From the NCBI GenBank assembly GCA_015661185.1, contig JACVXU010000002.1, forward strand, positions 1 through 50,824: a stretch of DNA of 50,824 nucleotides. Reading direction: 5' to 3'. The stretch is from Bacteroidota bacterium. GTDB taxonomy: Bacteria > Bacteroidota > Ignavibacteria > UBA10030. Within the stretch, counting starts at the first letter, position 1. Each line of letters starts with the position of its first letter. The notes under the pieces were generated by a model. That model saw nothing but the letters and a program-made list of their open reading frames with translations, made no database searches and was not told the origin of the DNA. Below, piece after piece: positions 8,894 to 17,665 of this stretch. Position numbers and translations under genes: made by a program.

Positions 8894-9646
8894 TCAACCG
8901 GCGTTCAGGTTGGCCAGCACGCTTTCATCTATGTCGAAGTTTCCATAGACATGCTGGATGTCATCATGATCTTCAAGTCCTTCGATGATCTTGATCAGGT
9001 TCTCAGCATCCTTGCCTTCGACTTTGACGCTGTTCTCAGGAATCATCTGGATCTCAGAGTGGTCGATCGGAATCTTTCGGTCCTCGATCACTTTCTTCAC
9101 TTTTTCAAATACATCGGGCAGCGTGGTGACGAGATAATGCTCCTCGTCCGCCGTCATATCTTCGGCCCCGGCATCGAGAATAATTCCCAGGAGTTCATCT
9201 TCACCGATCTTGTTCCGGAGAATCGTGATCTGACCTTTCCGGTGGAACTGATATGCCACTGCCCCTGACGCTGCCAGTTTGCCATGGTGGCGGTCGAGCA
9301 CATGGCGGATCTCGCTGACAGTCCTCGTCTTGTTGTCTGTTACGGCTTCGATGAGAAGCGCGACACCGCCAGGGCCGTAGGCTTCATATGTGACATCTTC
9401 GTATGCCATCCCGGGCAGTTCGCCCGTGCCTTTCTGGATCGCCCGTTTGATGTTGTCGGCGGGCATGTTACTGGACTTCGCTTTGTCAATTGCAAAGCGG
9501 AGCCGCGGATTTCCGGTTGGATCGCCCCCTCCCAGTTTCGCTGCAATCGTAATTTCTTTGATGACTTGTGTGAACATTTTGCCGCGCTTCCCATCTGTCA
9601 CGGCTTTTTTCCGACGGATTGTCGCCCATTTCGAATGACCTGACAT
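8894..9646 (-). CDS. yebC: YebC/PmpR family DNA-binding transcriptional regulator
   Basis: MSGHSKWATIRRKKAVTDGKRGKMFT... from ATG 9646. The upstream ORF extension to 9724 is not family-like. Confidence 0.95.
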   Translation of the reverse strand: MSGHSKWATIRRKKAVTDGKRGKMFTQVIKEITIAAKLGGGDPTGNPRLRFAIDKAKSSNMPADNIKRAIQKGTGELPGMAYEDVTYEAYGPGGVALLIEAVTDNKTRTVSEIRHVLDRHHGKLAASGAVAYQFHRKGQITILRNKIGEDELLGIILDAGAEDMTADEEHYLVTTLPDVFEKVKKVIEDRKIPIDHSEIQMIPENSVKVEGKDAENLIKIIEGLEDHDDIQHVYGNFDIDESVLANLNAG

Positions 9647-9765
9647 AGACTTTGCCTTTTCGACGAATGCTCGTGCAGGAATTGTACGAAGTGAGAAGAT
9701 GGTTCGAGGTTCGTTCCCTCGCATTACTCGAATACCTGCTGCCTAAGTACTTGCTGCTTCAATCC

Positions 9766-11505
9766 TCATTTCAAGTCTCGAATCTTCAATTGAGGCACCG
9801 CCTCACCCGCATACTCACCTTCATCGAGAGAGAATGCGATTTCCAGGGTCTTCCGGCCGTGTAAGAGTTGCTCGATCAGGGAGCCCAGGTTGAATCCAAT
9901 TGCGTCGAAAACCTGACCATTTGCCCTGACCTTGAATTTCAGATGATTGCGTCCGACGATTCGCGGTGTGCCATACAGTTCCACATTTCGTGCAACGAAG
10001 ACCGGTCGCATATTCCCAGGGCCGAACGGAGCAAATTGGCTCAAGACACGGACGAACTTTGGCGTGATCTCCTGAAGAGGAATCTCCGCGTCGATTCGGA
10101 TTTCGGGAGTCAGAAGTTCCTTGGTGAGAAGCTCTTTAGCAACGAGATTGAACGCCTCTTTGAACTCATCCAGCCGGTCGATCTCGACAGTGAGCCCGGC
10201 AGCGTATTTGTGTCCGCCGAACTGGACGAGTTTGTCCTCGCACCGCTTGAGAGCCTGGTAGATGTCAAAGCCGGCGACACTGCGTGCTGATCCTTTTGCC
10301 ACACCGTCGACGGTCGTCATCATGATTGTCGGACGGTAATATCGCTCGACAAGCCGTGAGGCGACGATTCCTATTACGCCCGGGTGCCAAGTATCCTGAT
10401 GGAGGATGATCGCTCCCTCATTGTCAACGTCGAGGGATCTCTCCACAATCTCCTGAGCTTGGATGAATGTCTCTTCATCGATTTTCCGGCGATTGCGGTT
10501 CTCCTCTTCGAACACGCGAGCTCGTTCAAGTGCGACGGTGAACGAGTCGGAGGTCAGGAGCTCGACCGCACGGGTCGCATCACCGAGTCTTCCCACTGCA
10601 TTGATTCTTGGTGCAAGCACAAAGACGATCTGACCAGCGGTGATGGCGCCCAGCCTTAATCCGGAAGATTCGATCAAGGCATGAACTCCCGGACGAGGAT
10701 TCGTATTGAGAAGTTCAAGGCCAAGTTTCACAAGGACGCGATTTTCACCCGTGAGGTTCACGATGTCGGCCGTCGTGGCGAGCGTTACAAAATCCAGATA
10801 CTGATCGAGTGACTGGCCTCCGTCTTCGAAGTACGGATGGAGAACGGGATCCTGAGAAAGGGCTTGGATGAGCTTGAACGCCACGCTGCATCCACAAAGA
10901 GTCTTGAATGGATACGTGCACGTCGGTTTCAACGGATCCAGCACAGCGAATGCCGCTGGGATCACATCTGCCGGTTCGTGGTGGTCGCAGATGATCACAT
11001 CGAGGCCGAGCTCATGGGCCCGCTCAACCGGTTTCAGAGCGGTGATGCCGCAATCGACGGCGACAAGCAGCTGCACGCCTCGATCTTTTGCCCGCTCGAT
11101 ACCGGAAATTGAAAGGCCGTACCCGTCCTTGATCCTGTCCGGTATGAAATATTCGACGTCGGCGTGAACGCTGTTGAGAAATGTCCAGAGCAACGCCGCA
11201 GCGTTGGTTCCATCTACATCGTAGTCTCCGTAGACCAGTAGCTTTTCCTTCTTGGCGATGGCGCGCACGATGCGTTCAACAGCCAGGTCCATTCCATCCA
11301 TCAGGAAGGGATCGTGCAGATCCTCAAGGCTGGGGCGAAAAAACCTCTTCGCCCGATCGAATGTATCGATGCCGCGTCTGACGAGAATCTCGGCGAGGAC
11401 CGGCGAGACGGTGAGTTCATCGCTGAGTCTCTTAATCTTCTCCATATCCGTAGGAGAGAGCTCGGCGACTGGGAAGGTCCAACGATATTCGCGAACAGGA
11501 GTCAT
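9766..11505 (-). CDS. recJ: Single-stranded-DNA-specific exonuclease RecJ
   Basis: DHH motifs (YGDYDVDGT, VDCGI, ICDHHEP) and a DHHA1 region (GGHKYAAG). ATG 11505 is preferred over TTG 11523. Confidence 0.95.
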   Translation of the reverse strand: MTPVREYRWTFPVAELSPTDMEKIKRLSDELTVSPVLAEILVRRGIDTFDRAKRFFRPSLEDLHDPFLMDGMDLAVERIVRAIAKKEKLLVYGDYDVDGTNAAALLWTFLNSVHADVEYFIPDRIKDGYGLSISGIERAKDRGVQLLVAVDCGITALKPVERAHELGLDVIICDHHEPADVIPAAFAVLDPLKPTCTYPFKTLCGCSVAFKLIQALSQDPVLHPYFEDGGQSLDQYLDFVTLATTADIVNLTGENRVLVKLGLELLNTNPRPGVHALIESSGLRLGAITAGQIVFVLAPRINAVGRLGDATRAVELLTSDSFTVALERARVFEEENRNRRKIDEETFIQAQEIVERSLDVDNEGAIILHQDTWHPGVIGIVASRLVERYYRPTIMMTTVDGVAKGSARSVAGFDIYQALKRCEDKLVQFGGHKYAAGLTVEIDRLDEFKEAFNLVAKELLTKELLTPEIRIDAEIPLQEITPKFVRVLSQFAPFGPGNMRPVFVARNVELYGTPRIVGRNHLKFKVRANGQVFDAIGFNLGSLIEQLLHGRKTLEIAFSLDEGEYAGEAVPQLKIRDLK

Positions 11506-11532
11506 GCGATGTGTCGTCTCCAAAAGTGCAGG

Positions 11533-11933
11533 GAGTGGCCGACCGATAAGCCGAATTCTGTCTTGTCAGTACCTAGGATCGGATACAGACGAGGCAGTCA
11601 TTTCTCTGAGCGACCTACCCATCCCGTCCCTCAATGAAGAGGATTGAACGGGCCACTCTTCCCCACGAATCGTGGGAACGGGACTTACATGGTCTTGCAC
11701 CAGGCGGGGTTTGTCGTGCCTTCGACATTACTGCCGAAGCGGTGGTCTCTTACACCACCTTTTCACCTTTTCCTCCGCCAGAGGCAGAGGATGTTTGTTT
11801 TCTGTGACACTGTCCGTTCCTGCAGGATGTTGCCTGCAGGACCCTCAGTTGACCTGAGGCGCCTTGCCCTAGGGTGTTCGGACTTTCCTCCCCATCCACG
11901 AATCGGATGGAGCGACTGCCTGGCCGACCACAC
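11533..11933 (-). ncRNA. rnpB: RNase P RNA, bacterial type A
   Basis: The minus strand reads GUGGUCGGCCAGGCAGUCGCUCCAUCCGAUUCGUGGAUGGGGAGGAAAGUCCGAACACC ... CACAGAAAACA ... AAGGUGAAAAGGUGGUGUAAGAGACCACCGC ... GGUGCAAGACC ... AAAUGACUGCC ... ACAGAAUUCGGCUUAUCGGUCGGCCAC. All universally conserved blocks are present (P4 GAGGAAAGUCCG, GGUAAGAG, ACAGAAnnCGGCUUA). P1 pairs GUGGUCGGCC with GGUCGGCCAC. Ends are accurate to about 5 nt. Confidence 0.9.
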
Positions 11934-11968
11934 CTGCTGTAGTCTTAATGTTTTGCTTTCCGCAAGCC

Positions 11969-12385
11969 CTAGATCCGAATGCGCTTTCGCGAATCGATGC
12001 CCAGATTCGCCAACTGATCTGCCTCTTTGTTCAGTTCCCTGCGGACGTGTTTGATTTCGAAATCGAATGCTGCCTTCGCAAGCACGCGATGAACCTTGAG
12101 ATACATCGCCTTGAGATTCGGATCTTTCACTTTGTATTCTCCCAGGAGCTGGCGAACCATCAGCTCACTGTCTGAATGGACGACTAGCCGGGAGCATTTC
12201 GTTTTTGGTGCGCTTTTCAAGCATGCGAGAAGAGCTGAATATTCTGCGATGTTGTTCGTTGCTTCACCGATGTACCCGTGGAGCTTCGCCAGCGTCGTGC
12301 CTTGCTCGTCCTTGAAGATGACGCCGATGCCGCTCTCACCCGGGTTTCCCCGTGCAGCGCCGTCTGTGAATGCGAAGACCGTCAT
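11969..12385 (-). CDS. rnhA: Ribonuclease HI (RNase H type 1 family)
   Basis: MTVFAFTDGAARGNPGESGIGVIF...NNIAEYSALL...HSDSELMVRQL...NKEADQLAN, showing the DEDD-type RNase H fold motifs. ATGA overlap with the upstream zinc-ribbon gene. Confidence 0.85.
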   Translation of the reverse strand: MTVFAFTDGAARGNPGESGIGVIFKDEQGTTLAKLHGYIGEATNNIAEYSALLACLKSAPKTKCSRLVVHSDSELMVRQLLGEYKVKDPNLKAMYLKVHRVLAKAAFDFEIKHVRRELNKEADQLANLGIDSRKRIRI

Positions 12386-13113
12386 AGGGCGCTGTTGTAG
12401 CTTTCCACAATGTCGTCCGAGACGATGAGTCTGCCGCAGTGCTCGCAGCTCATAATCCTCTCGTTTTTGCGCAGTTCAACAGAAACCTGGGGGGGTACGC
12501 GCTTGTAGCAGCCCCCACAGGCGTTGCGCCGGACAGGTACAACAGCATTGCCGCCCAACGCGCTGCGGATTCTCTCGTATTGCTTCAGGTCATTCTTGTC
12601 CACGCGTACGACGAGCTTGTCTCGCTCGTGCTTGAGCTTCAGTTCCTCGTCCTCGTGCTCTTTGTTGACGAGGTCCAGCTCAGCTTGTCGTTCCTTCAAT
12701 TCCTGCTTGAGCTCTTCCAACTCAGGGCTTACGACCGCAAGATCCGACTTTGCAGTCGATGCTTTCCCCTCGATGGTTTCCATTTCTTTTTCAAGGGTAA
12801 TGATACGCCCCTGCGCCAGATCGATCTCACGCGTTAATGCATCGTATTGCTTGTTGGTCTTGATCTGGAATTGCTGCTCCTTGTACTTCTCGATTTTCTC
12901 CTTGGACGTGATGATCTCAAGATCGATTTCGTCACGCCGGACCAGCGCCCCCTTGACGGTGCTCTCGAGTCCTTTCCTCAGAGTTTCCTTGTCTTGAACC
13001 TTCTTCTCCAATACCTCCACGAGGTGGGGGAGATCTCCTTTTAATTCGTGGAGCTCATCGAGATGCGAGTCGACTCGTTGAAGGCCATACAACAAGCGTA
13101 ATCGGTTTTCCAA
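12382..13113 (-). CDS. COG1579-type coiled-coil protein with C-terminal C4 zinc ribbon
   Basis: Long heptad-rich region followed by CGGCYKRVPPQ...MSCEHCGRLI. Start taken at TTG 13113 behind GGAGGAG. The longer ORF would overlap NIF3. Confidence 0.85.
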   Translation of the reverse strand: MENRLRLLYGLQRVDSHLDELHELKGDLPHLVEVLEKKVQDKETLRKGLESTVKGALVRRDEIDLEIITSKEKIEKYKEQQFQIKTNKQYDALTREIDLAQGRIITLEKEMETIEGKASTAKSDLAVVSPELEELKQELKERQAELDLVNKEHEDEELKLKHERDKLVVRVDKNDLKQYERIRSALGGNAVVPVRRNACGGCYKRVPPQVSVELRKNERIMSCEHCGRLIVSDDIVESYNSAL

Positions 13114-13133
13114 ATGATACTCCTCCAATGGTT

Positions 13134-14240
13134 CTAGTATGAATGAATTGGGTTCGTTGATCGTTGAGTAACTGAAACAAGGAGGTCCTCGCCTTTTGCG
13201 GACGCCCACGCGCGCAATTTTGAAGCGATTACCGGTAGAACTACTTGTTCCGTCTCCCAATGACCGGCATCGACGAGAACAATACGTCCGGCAGCGTCAT
13301 GGAAGGGGTGATACCGTACGTCGGCGGTTACGAAAAGATCTGCCTTCGCGCCGATGGCATGGTCCAGGAGTTCCGAACCTCCGCCACCACACACAGCGAT
13401 TCGCTGGACTTTCTGAGTCAATGCACCAGAGAACCGAACGCAGTCTGCATGCACAGCTTTTTTTAGTCTCGTGAGAAATTCCCTCACGGTTATCGTCCGG
13501 GGTAGATCGCCGATAGCCCCCATGCCGAAATTCGGATTCGGGTTTTCAAGAGTATACAGGTCATATGCGACCTCTTCGTAGGGATGGACGGTCTTCATGG
13601 CCGCAACAGCGGCCTTGACCCGTGCCCGGGGAACGATCATCTCCAGGCGGATCTCCTCGACTTCTTCAACCTGTAGAGGTTTCCCGGAAAACGGCTGCGT
13701 GCGTTCCGACCCGCGAAACGTCCCTTTGCCGTGCATTCGAAACGTGCACCGCTCGTACTCTCCGACAATTCCGGCGCCAGCTTCAGCCATAGCAGCAGCG
13801 ACGCGGTCGACATGCTCGCCGGGGACAAATACAGCTAGCTTCACAAGCGAGTCCTTCATCGGTGCAAGGAAGCTCGGCTTCTGAAGCCCCAGCGCATGAG
13901 CAAGCGCAAAGCTCACTCCATCTGCTGCCGAGTCGAGATTCGTGTGCGTGGAGTAGAGAGCGATACGGCTTTCCGCCAACGAAAGCAAAATCGAGCCGAT
14001 AGCGTTTGAGTCGGAAATGGACGAAGGGGGTCGAAACAGGAGAGGATGATGGGATACGATGAGGTCGACTTTCTTTTTGATGGCTTCGCTGACGATCTCG
14101 GGTATCACGTCAAGTGCAACTAGGACGTTTTTCACTCGCCGAGATCGACGGCCGACCTGCAGGCCGACATTGTCTCGTTCCCAGGCCGTCCACGAGGGAG
14201 CCCAGGATTCAAAAAACTGTTCTATGTCGGCCAGTTTCAT
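13134..14240 (-). CDS. Nif3-like dinuclear metal centre protein (GTP cyclohydrolase 1 type 2 homologue)
   Basis: MKLADIEQFFESWAP...DNVGLQVG...SHHPLLF...HTNLD...GGGGSE...VTADVRYH. ATG 14240 is preferred over TTG 14261, which would lie inside the terminator T-tract. Confidence 0.9.
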   Translation of the reverse strand: MKLADIEQFFESWAPSWTAWERDNVGLQVGRRSRRVKNVLVALDVIPEIVSEAIKKKVDLIVSHHPLLFRPPSSISDSNAIGSILLSLAESRIALYSTHTNLDSAADGVSFALAHALGLQKPSFLAPMKDSLVKLAVFVPGEHVDRVAAAMAEAGAGIVGEYERCTFRMHGKGTFRGSERTQPFSGKPLQVEEVEEIRLEMIVPRARVKAAVAAMKTVHPYEEVAYDLYTLENPNPNFGMGAIGDLPRTITVREFLTRLKKAVHADCVRFSGALTQKVQRIAVCGGGGSELLDHAIGAKADLFVTADVRYHPFHDAAGRIVLVDAGHWETEQVVLPVIASKLRAWASAKGEDLLVSVTQRSTNPIHSY

Positions 14241-14259
14241 GCTCTTCCGGGTTCGAGAC

Positions 14260-14292
14260 AAAAAAAGTGTCCCGCCTTTGGGCGGGACACTT
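14260..14292 (-). terminator. Rho-independent terminator (perfect 10-bp GC-rich stem plus T7)
   Basis: The minus strand reads GUGUCCCGCC-CAAA-GGCGGGACAC-UUUUUUU. It ends 20 nt upstream of the NIF3 ATG. Confidence 0.75.
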
Positions 14293-14418
14293 GTGACAAT
14301 TCTGATGTAGTGTCTGGGGAAACTTGAGATCGAGTTGTCTGGGCCTTATCCGATTCGACATCGCCAAAGGATTAAACTCTACAGGACAAACACTTGGACT
14401 GGACTCCTATCACCAATC

Positions 14419-14447
14419 ATGATAAAAAAAATTCAGGTTAGTTGCAA
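14419..14447 (-). promoter_or_regulatory. Promoter candidate inside the REC-HisKA / NIF3 spacer
   Basis: The minus strand reads TTGCAA-17 nt-TATCAT. The predicted TSS is near 14411, about 120 nt upstream of the terminator stem. Confidence 0.35.
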
Positions 14448-14495
14448 GACCCAAGAGTTGACGAAAACGACCACGCAAATGGGAGAGGAGAAACA

Positions 14496-15227
14496 CTACA
14501 CAGACCCAGAGGACGGTGGGGGATTCTGACCGGAGGGGGAATGGTCCGAGCCGTGAAAGTCGATCCGCTCGAAACTGATGTCACGCAGGCGCTTGATTTC
14601 AGACTCGATCTTTCGGAAATTTTCTTCAAATCCCTTCAATAGATTCTTGTCTTCGTCGCTTAGGGCCTGTCGGCGAATAAGGTCTGCGCTGATTTTGACG
14701 GCCGCAAGTGGATTGTTGAATTCGTGGCAGACCGTCACGACGAGTTCCCTGATCGCCTCTGCTCGTTTTTCGGCAATAAACATCCTCTTCTCGACGGCCC
14801 TAATCTGCTTGTGCATGCTGACGCGTTCGAGGACATTTAAGATAGTGCGGGGCAGGAGGGATTCGGCGAGGTCCTCTTTGATGAGGAAGTCTTCCACGCC
14901 GAGTTTCATAGCCTCGATCGCCAGCTTGAAATCCCGGGTTGCCGTGACAAAGACGATCGGTATCTCGGAATTCATCTGATTCAACTGGAGGCAGAATTCG
15001 AGACCATTCGTCCCCGGAAATACGTAGTCGGTAACGATCAGGTCGATGGACTGATTTGTCTGAATCTCCTGGAGTGCTTCCTCGACGCTCTCTTTCCAGA
15101 TGAGATGGAACTCCCGGTTCTGGAAGAGCTGAAGTTGCCGCTGCACAATCTTCGCAAAGCCGATGTCGTCATCGGCAAGGAGTACAGTAATTACTTTCGG
15201 GGTCTTCTGTGGTGAGAGGCCGGTCAT
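14496..15227 (-). CDS. Response-regulator receiver fused to a HisKA (DHp) domain, with no HATPase_c catalytic domain
   Basis: REC motifs are LLADDD, LIVTDYVFPGTNG, VFVTAT and FLIKE. The H-box is VCHEFNNPLAAV. The protein ends about 60 aa after the H-box (...GQNPPPSSGSV*). Confidence 0.85.
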   Translation of the reverse strand: MTGLSPQKTPKVITVLLADDDIGFAKIVQRQLQLFQNREFHLIWKESVEEALQEIQTNQSIDLIVTDYVFPGTNGLEFCLQLNQMNSEIPIVFVTATRDFKLAIEAMKLGVEDFLIKEDLAESLLPRTILNVLERVSMHKQIRAVEKRMFIAEKRAEAIRELVVTVCHEFNNPLAAVKISADLIRRQALSDEDKNLLKGFEENFRKIESEIKRLRDISFERIDFHGSDHSPSGQNPPPSSGSV

Positions 15228-15343
15228 GGTATGAGCAAAAGGTAAGAGAACTTTTGATGAGTTGCAACGAGCCAATGTGATTGCGAACTCAACACGCTCG
15301 ACACCGTGTTCCGGGAGTAGTCTTCGAGGCTGGAATTGCTGAT

Positions 15344-15372
15344 TTGCTTTTCTATGGGAATTTCTCTATGTT
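15344..15372 (+). promoter_or_regulatory. Promoter candidate for the CheY-like / sigma54-activator pair
   Basis: TTGCTT-17 nt-TATGTT, about 60 nt upstream of ATG 15435. Confidence 0.35.
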
Positions 15373-15434
15373 AAAACGAGCCAAGCAAAAAAGCTCTGTG
15401 ATGCAAGGTCGCGCTTCTCCTAAGGAGAATTCTT

Positions 15435-15806
15435 ATGGCAGAAAAGAATAGAATTCTGGTTGTTGATGATGAAGACGCTCTCAGGACAGTCTTGAGCGCT
15501 GAACTGGAGGGGGAAGGATACAGAGTCTCATCTGCCGGAGACGGAGTTGAAGCGATCAATATCCTGCGTACGCAAACTTTCGATCTAATCCTCCTCGATA
15601 TCAAGATGCCGAATGTGGATGGCTTCGAAGTCCTGAAGTTTGTGAAAGAGAACCAACCGACAACAAAAGTCATCATGTTGACCGGATTCGCCGACCTGAA
15701 GAACGCAATCGAATCGAAAAAGCTTGGGGCAGAAGATTTTGTCAGCAAGCCGTACGACCTCGTAGATTTGCTTACGACAGTTGAACGCGTCCTGAGCGGT
15801 CTCTAG
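15435..15806 (+). CDS. Single-domain CheY-like response regulator
   Basis: ILVVDDEDAL, LILLDIKMPNVDG, VIMLTGF, FVSKPYD. RBS AAGGAG. Confidence 0.9.
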   Translation: MAEKNRILVVDDEDALRTVLSAELEGEGYRVSSAGDGVEAINILRTQTFDLILLDIKMPNVDGFEVLKFVKENQPTTKVIMLTGFADLKNAIESKKLGAEDFVSKPYDLVDLLTTVERVLSGL

Positions 15807-15830
15807 CCTCGCCCACGAGCCGGAGACGAT

Positions 15831-17219
15831 ATGGCGAAGACGTACCGGATCCTGGTTGTCGACGACGAAGAGTCCATAACCTTCCTCCTGAAGACAGAGC
15901 TCGAAGAACTCTCCGATTTTGATGTCGATGTCGCCCTCAACGGCACCGAAGCCATCAACCTCATCCAGTCAACCATCTACGACATTGCTCTCCTCGACAT
16001 CAAAATGCCTCGCGTGAGCGGCATTGACGTCCTTCGGTTCATCAACGAACACTCGCCTGCCACGCAGGTCATTATGTTGACGAACATCGTTGACTATAAG
16101 ACCGCGATTGAAACGATTAAGCTGGGGGCATACGATTTCATTAGCAAGCCCTACGACTCTCAGCAGTTGCTTGCGACGGTTCGACGTGCTGTGGAACGGC
16201 GTCAGCTCGTCATCGATAAAGAGGTGATGAAGCGAGAGTTAAGCCGCATCAGCGGTCCAAGCGGATTGGTGGGTGAAAGCGTTGTATTCTGCAATGTTGT
16301 CGAAAACGCGCGCAAATTGGCTGACAGTGAGGCATTTGTCCTTATCCAAGGAGCGAGTGGCACGGGAAAAGAGTTGATCGCACATCTCCTGCATAATGAG
16401 AGCCCCAGAAGGGACCAGCCTTTTGTTGCCGTCAACTGCGCTTCAATTCCGGATCAACTTCTCGAAAGTGAGCTTTTCGGACACGAGAAGGGTGCATTCA
16501 CGAACGCGTACGCCGCAAAGCAGGGATTGGTAGAAGTTGCCAATGGAGGGACATTGTTCCTGGATGAAGTCGGCGATATCAGCCAACCGACCCAGGCCAA
16601 GCTTCTCAGATTTCTGGAGACTGGTGAGTTTCGGCGGGTTGGTGGTACAAACTCAATGAAGGTCGATGTGAGAGTTGTCTCCGCGAGCAACAAGGATCTT
16701 CCACAGGAAGTAAAGGCCGGTCGCTTTCGAGAGGACCTTCTGTACCGCCTGAATGTGGTCAGCCTCAAACTGCCGACGCTGCAGGAGCGAAAGGAAGACA
16801 TCTCGCTGCTTGTGGACTACTTTCTTAAACGTAAATCCAAGGCGAATCCGAAGAAGGTGAGCCCTGATGCCATGACGATTCTTCTGCGCTACAACTGGCC
16901 GGGCAATGTGCGCGAGCTGGAACACGTCATAGAAGGGGCCACGGTTCTCAGTCAGGGGGACACGATCGAAGCCAAGGATCTCTGGATCAACCCCTCTCTC
17001 GCCGGAAACTCAGATGCTGCAGCACGACTTGAGACGCCGGAAGGACAGGGCAGCTCCCTGTCTCTGGAAGCAATCGAAAAAATCCACATCGAGAAGGTCC
17101 TGAACGCGAATCAATGGAACAGGCTCAAGACGGCCCAGGTGCTCGGAATAACACCAAAGACGCTGTATCTGAAGATAAAGAAGTACGGCATCAAGGCCAG
17201 CTATTCACCTGATGCCTGA
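15831..17219 (+). CDS. Sigma-54-dependent Fis-family response regulator (NtrC-type EBP)
   Basis: REC domain (VVDDEE, LLDIKMP, ISKPYD), AAA+ domain (GASGTGKE, ESELFGHEKGAFTNA, RFREDLLYRLNV) and C-terminal HTH (TAQVLGITPKTLYLKIKKYGI). Confidence 0.95.
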   Translation: MAKTYRILVVDDEESITFLLKTELEELSDFDVDVALNGTEAINLIQSTIYDIALLDIKMPRVSGIDVLRFINEHSPATQVIMLTNIVDYKTAIETIKLGAYDFISKPYDSQQLLATVRRAVERRQLVIDKEVMKRELSRISGPSGLVGESVVFCNVVENARKLADSEAFVLIQGASGTGKELIAHLLHNESPRRDQPFVAVNCASIPDQLLESELFGHEKGAFTNAYAAKQGLVEVANGGTLFLDEVGDISQPTQAKLLRFLETGEFRRVGGTNSMKVDVRVVSASNKDLPQEVKAGRFREDLLYRLNVVSLKLPTLQERKEDISLLVDYFLKRKSKANPKKVSPDAMTILLRYNWPGNVRELEHVIEGATVLSQGDTIEAKDLWINPSLAGNSDAAARLETPEGQGSSLSLEAIEKIHIEKVLNANQWNRLKTAQVLGITPKTLYLKIKKYGIKASYSPDA

Positions 17220-17572
17220 TTCTCCTCTCCTTCGAAGGTTCCGTCACAGAGGACCTGCGACTGCCTCTCTTGCTTGCCAGCCCGATCAGCTGAAAACAAT
17301 CCTCAGACCCTATCAGTCCTTCAAGAACCGAAGGTTGATACCTCTATATCGATGATTCAATTTCGAATGTGATGAAAGGTGTGACCGAATGATGGAATTT
17401 GAATGTAAACAGCAAGAAAATCTGCCATCAGGTTGCAACTTTTCTATGGAGCCACCGTCAAATACTGTTAGGGAGCATAACGCTACCTCCTTCTTGATGG
17501 GCCAGTCATCGGTCGCCTATGGTGGGACGGCTGAGAAACTGGCTCTTTTTTTTCCCCTCTTCGATGCTTTCC

Positions 17573-17601
17573 TTGACATTTGGGCGTTTGTTGACTAATT
17601 T
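17573..17601 (+). promoter_or_regulatory. Promoter candidate upstream of the glutaryl-CoA dehydrogenase-like gene
   Basis: TTGACA-17 nt-TAATTT, 65 nt upstream of ATG 17666. Confidence 0.4.
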
Positions 17602-17665
17602 TTGAGATCAACAAGGACTTGGTTCCAGCCTGTCGTCAAAAATAGACACATCTCCTCCGCCCTCA

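Noticed and set aside
15330-15349. Sigma54-like CTGGAATTGCTGATTTGCT upstream of the CheY-like gene.
   Set aside because: The GG-to-GC spacing is 12 nt (or 4 nt) instead of the invariant 10 nt. The same bases fit a sigma70-type -35 element better.
17500-17560. GGCUGAGA motif and a T-run resembling a TPP-riboswitch fragment or terminator downstream of the first EBP gene.
   Set aside because: The rest of the THI-box core (ACCC...CCUGAUCUGG...) is missing, and no stable stem precedes the T-run.
17389-17598. 69-aa ORF in the 445-nt spacer before gcdH.
   Set aside because: It has no RBS and an odd composition, and it overlaps the promoter candidate. It is probably non-coding. What else the spacer encodes remains unexplained.
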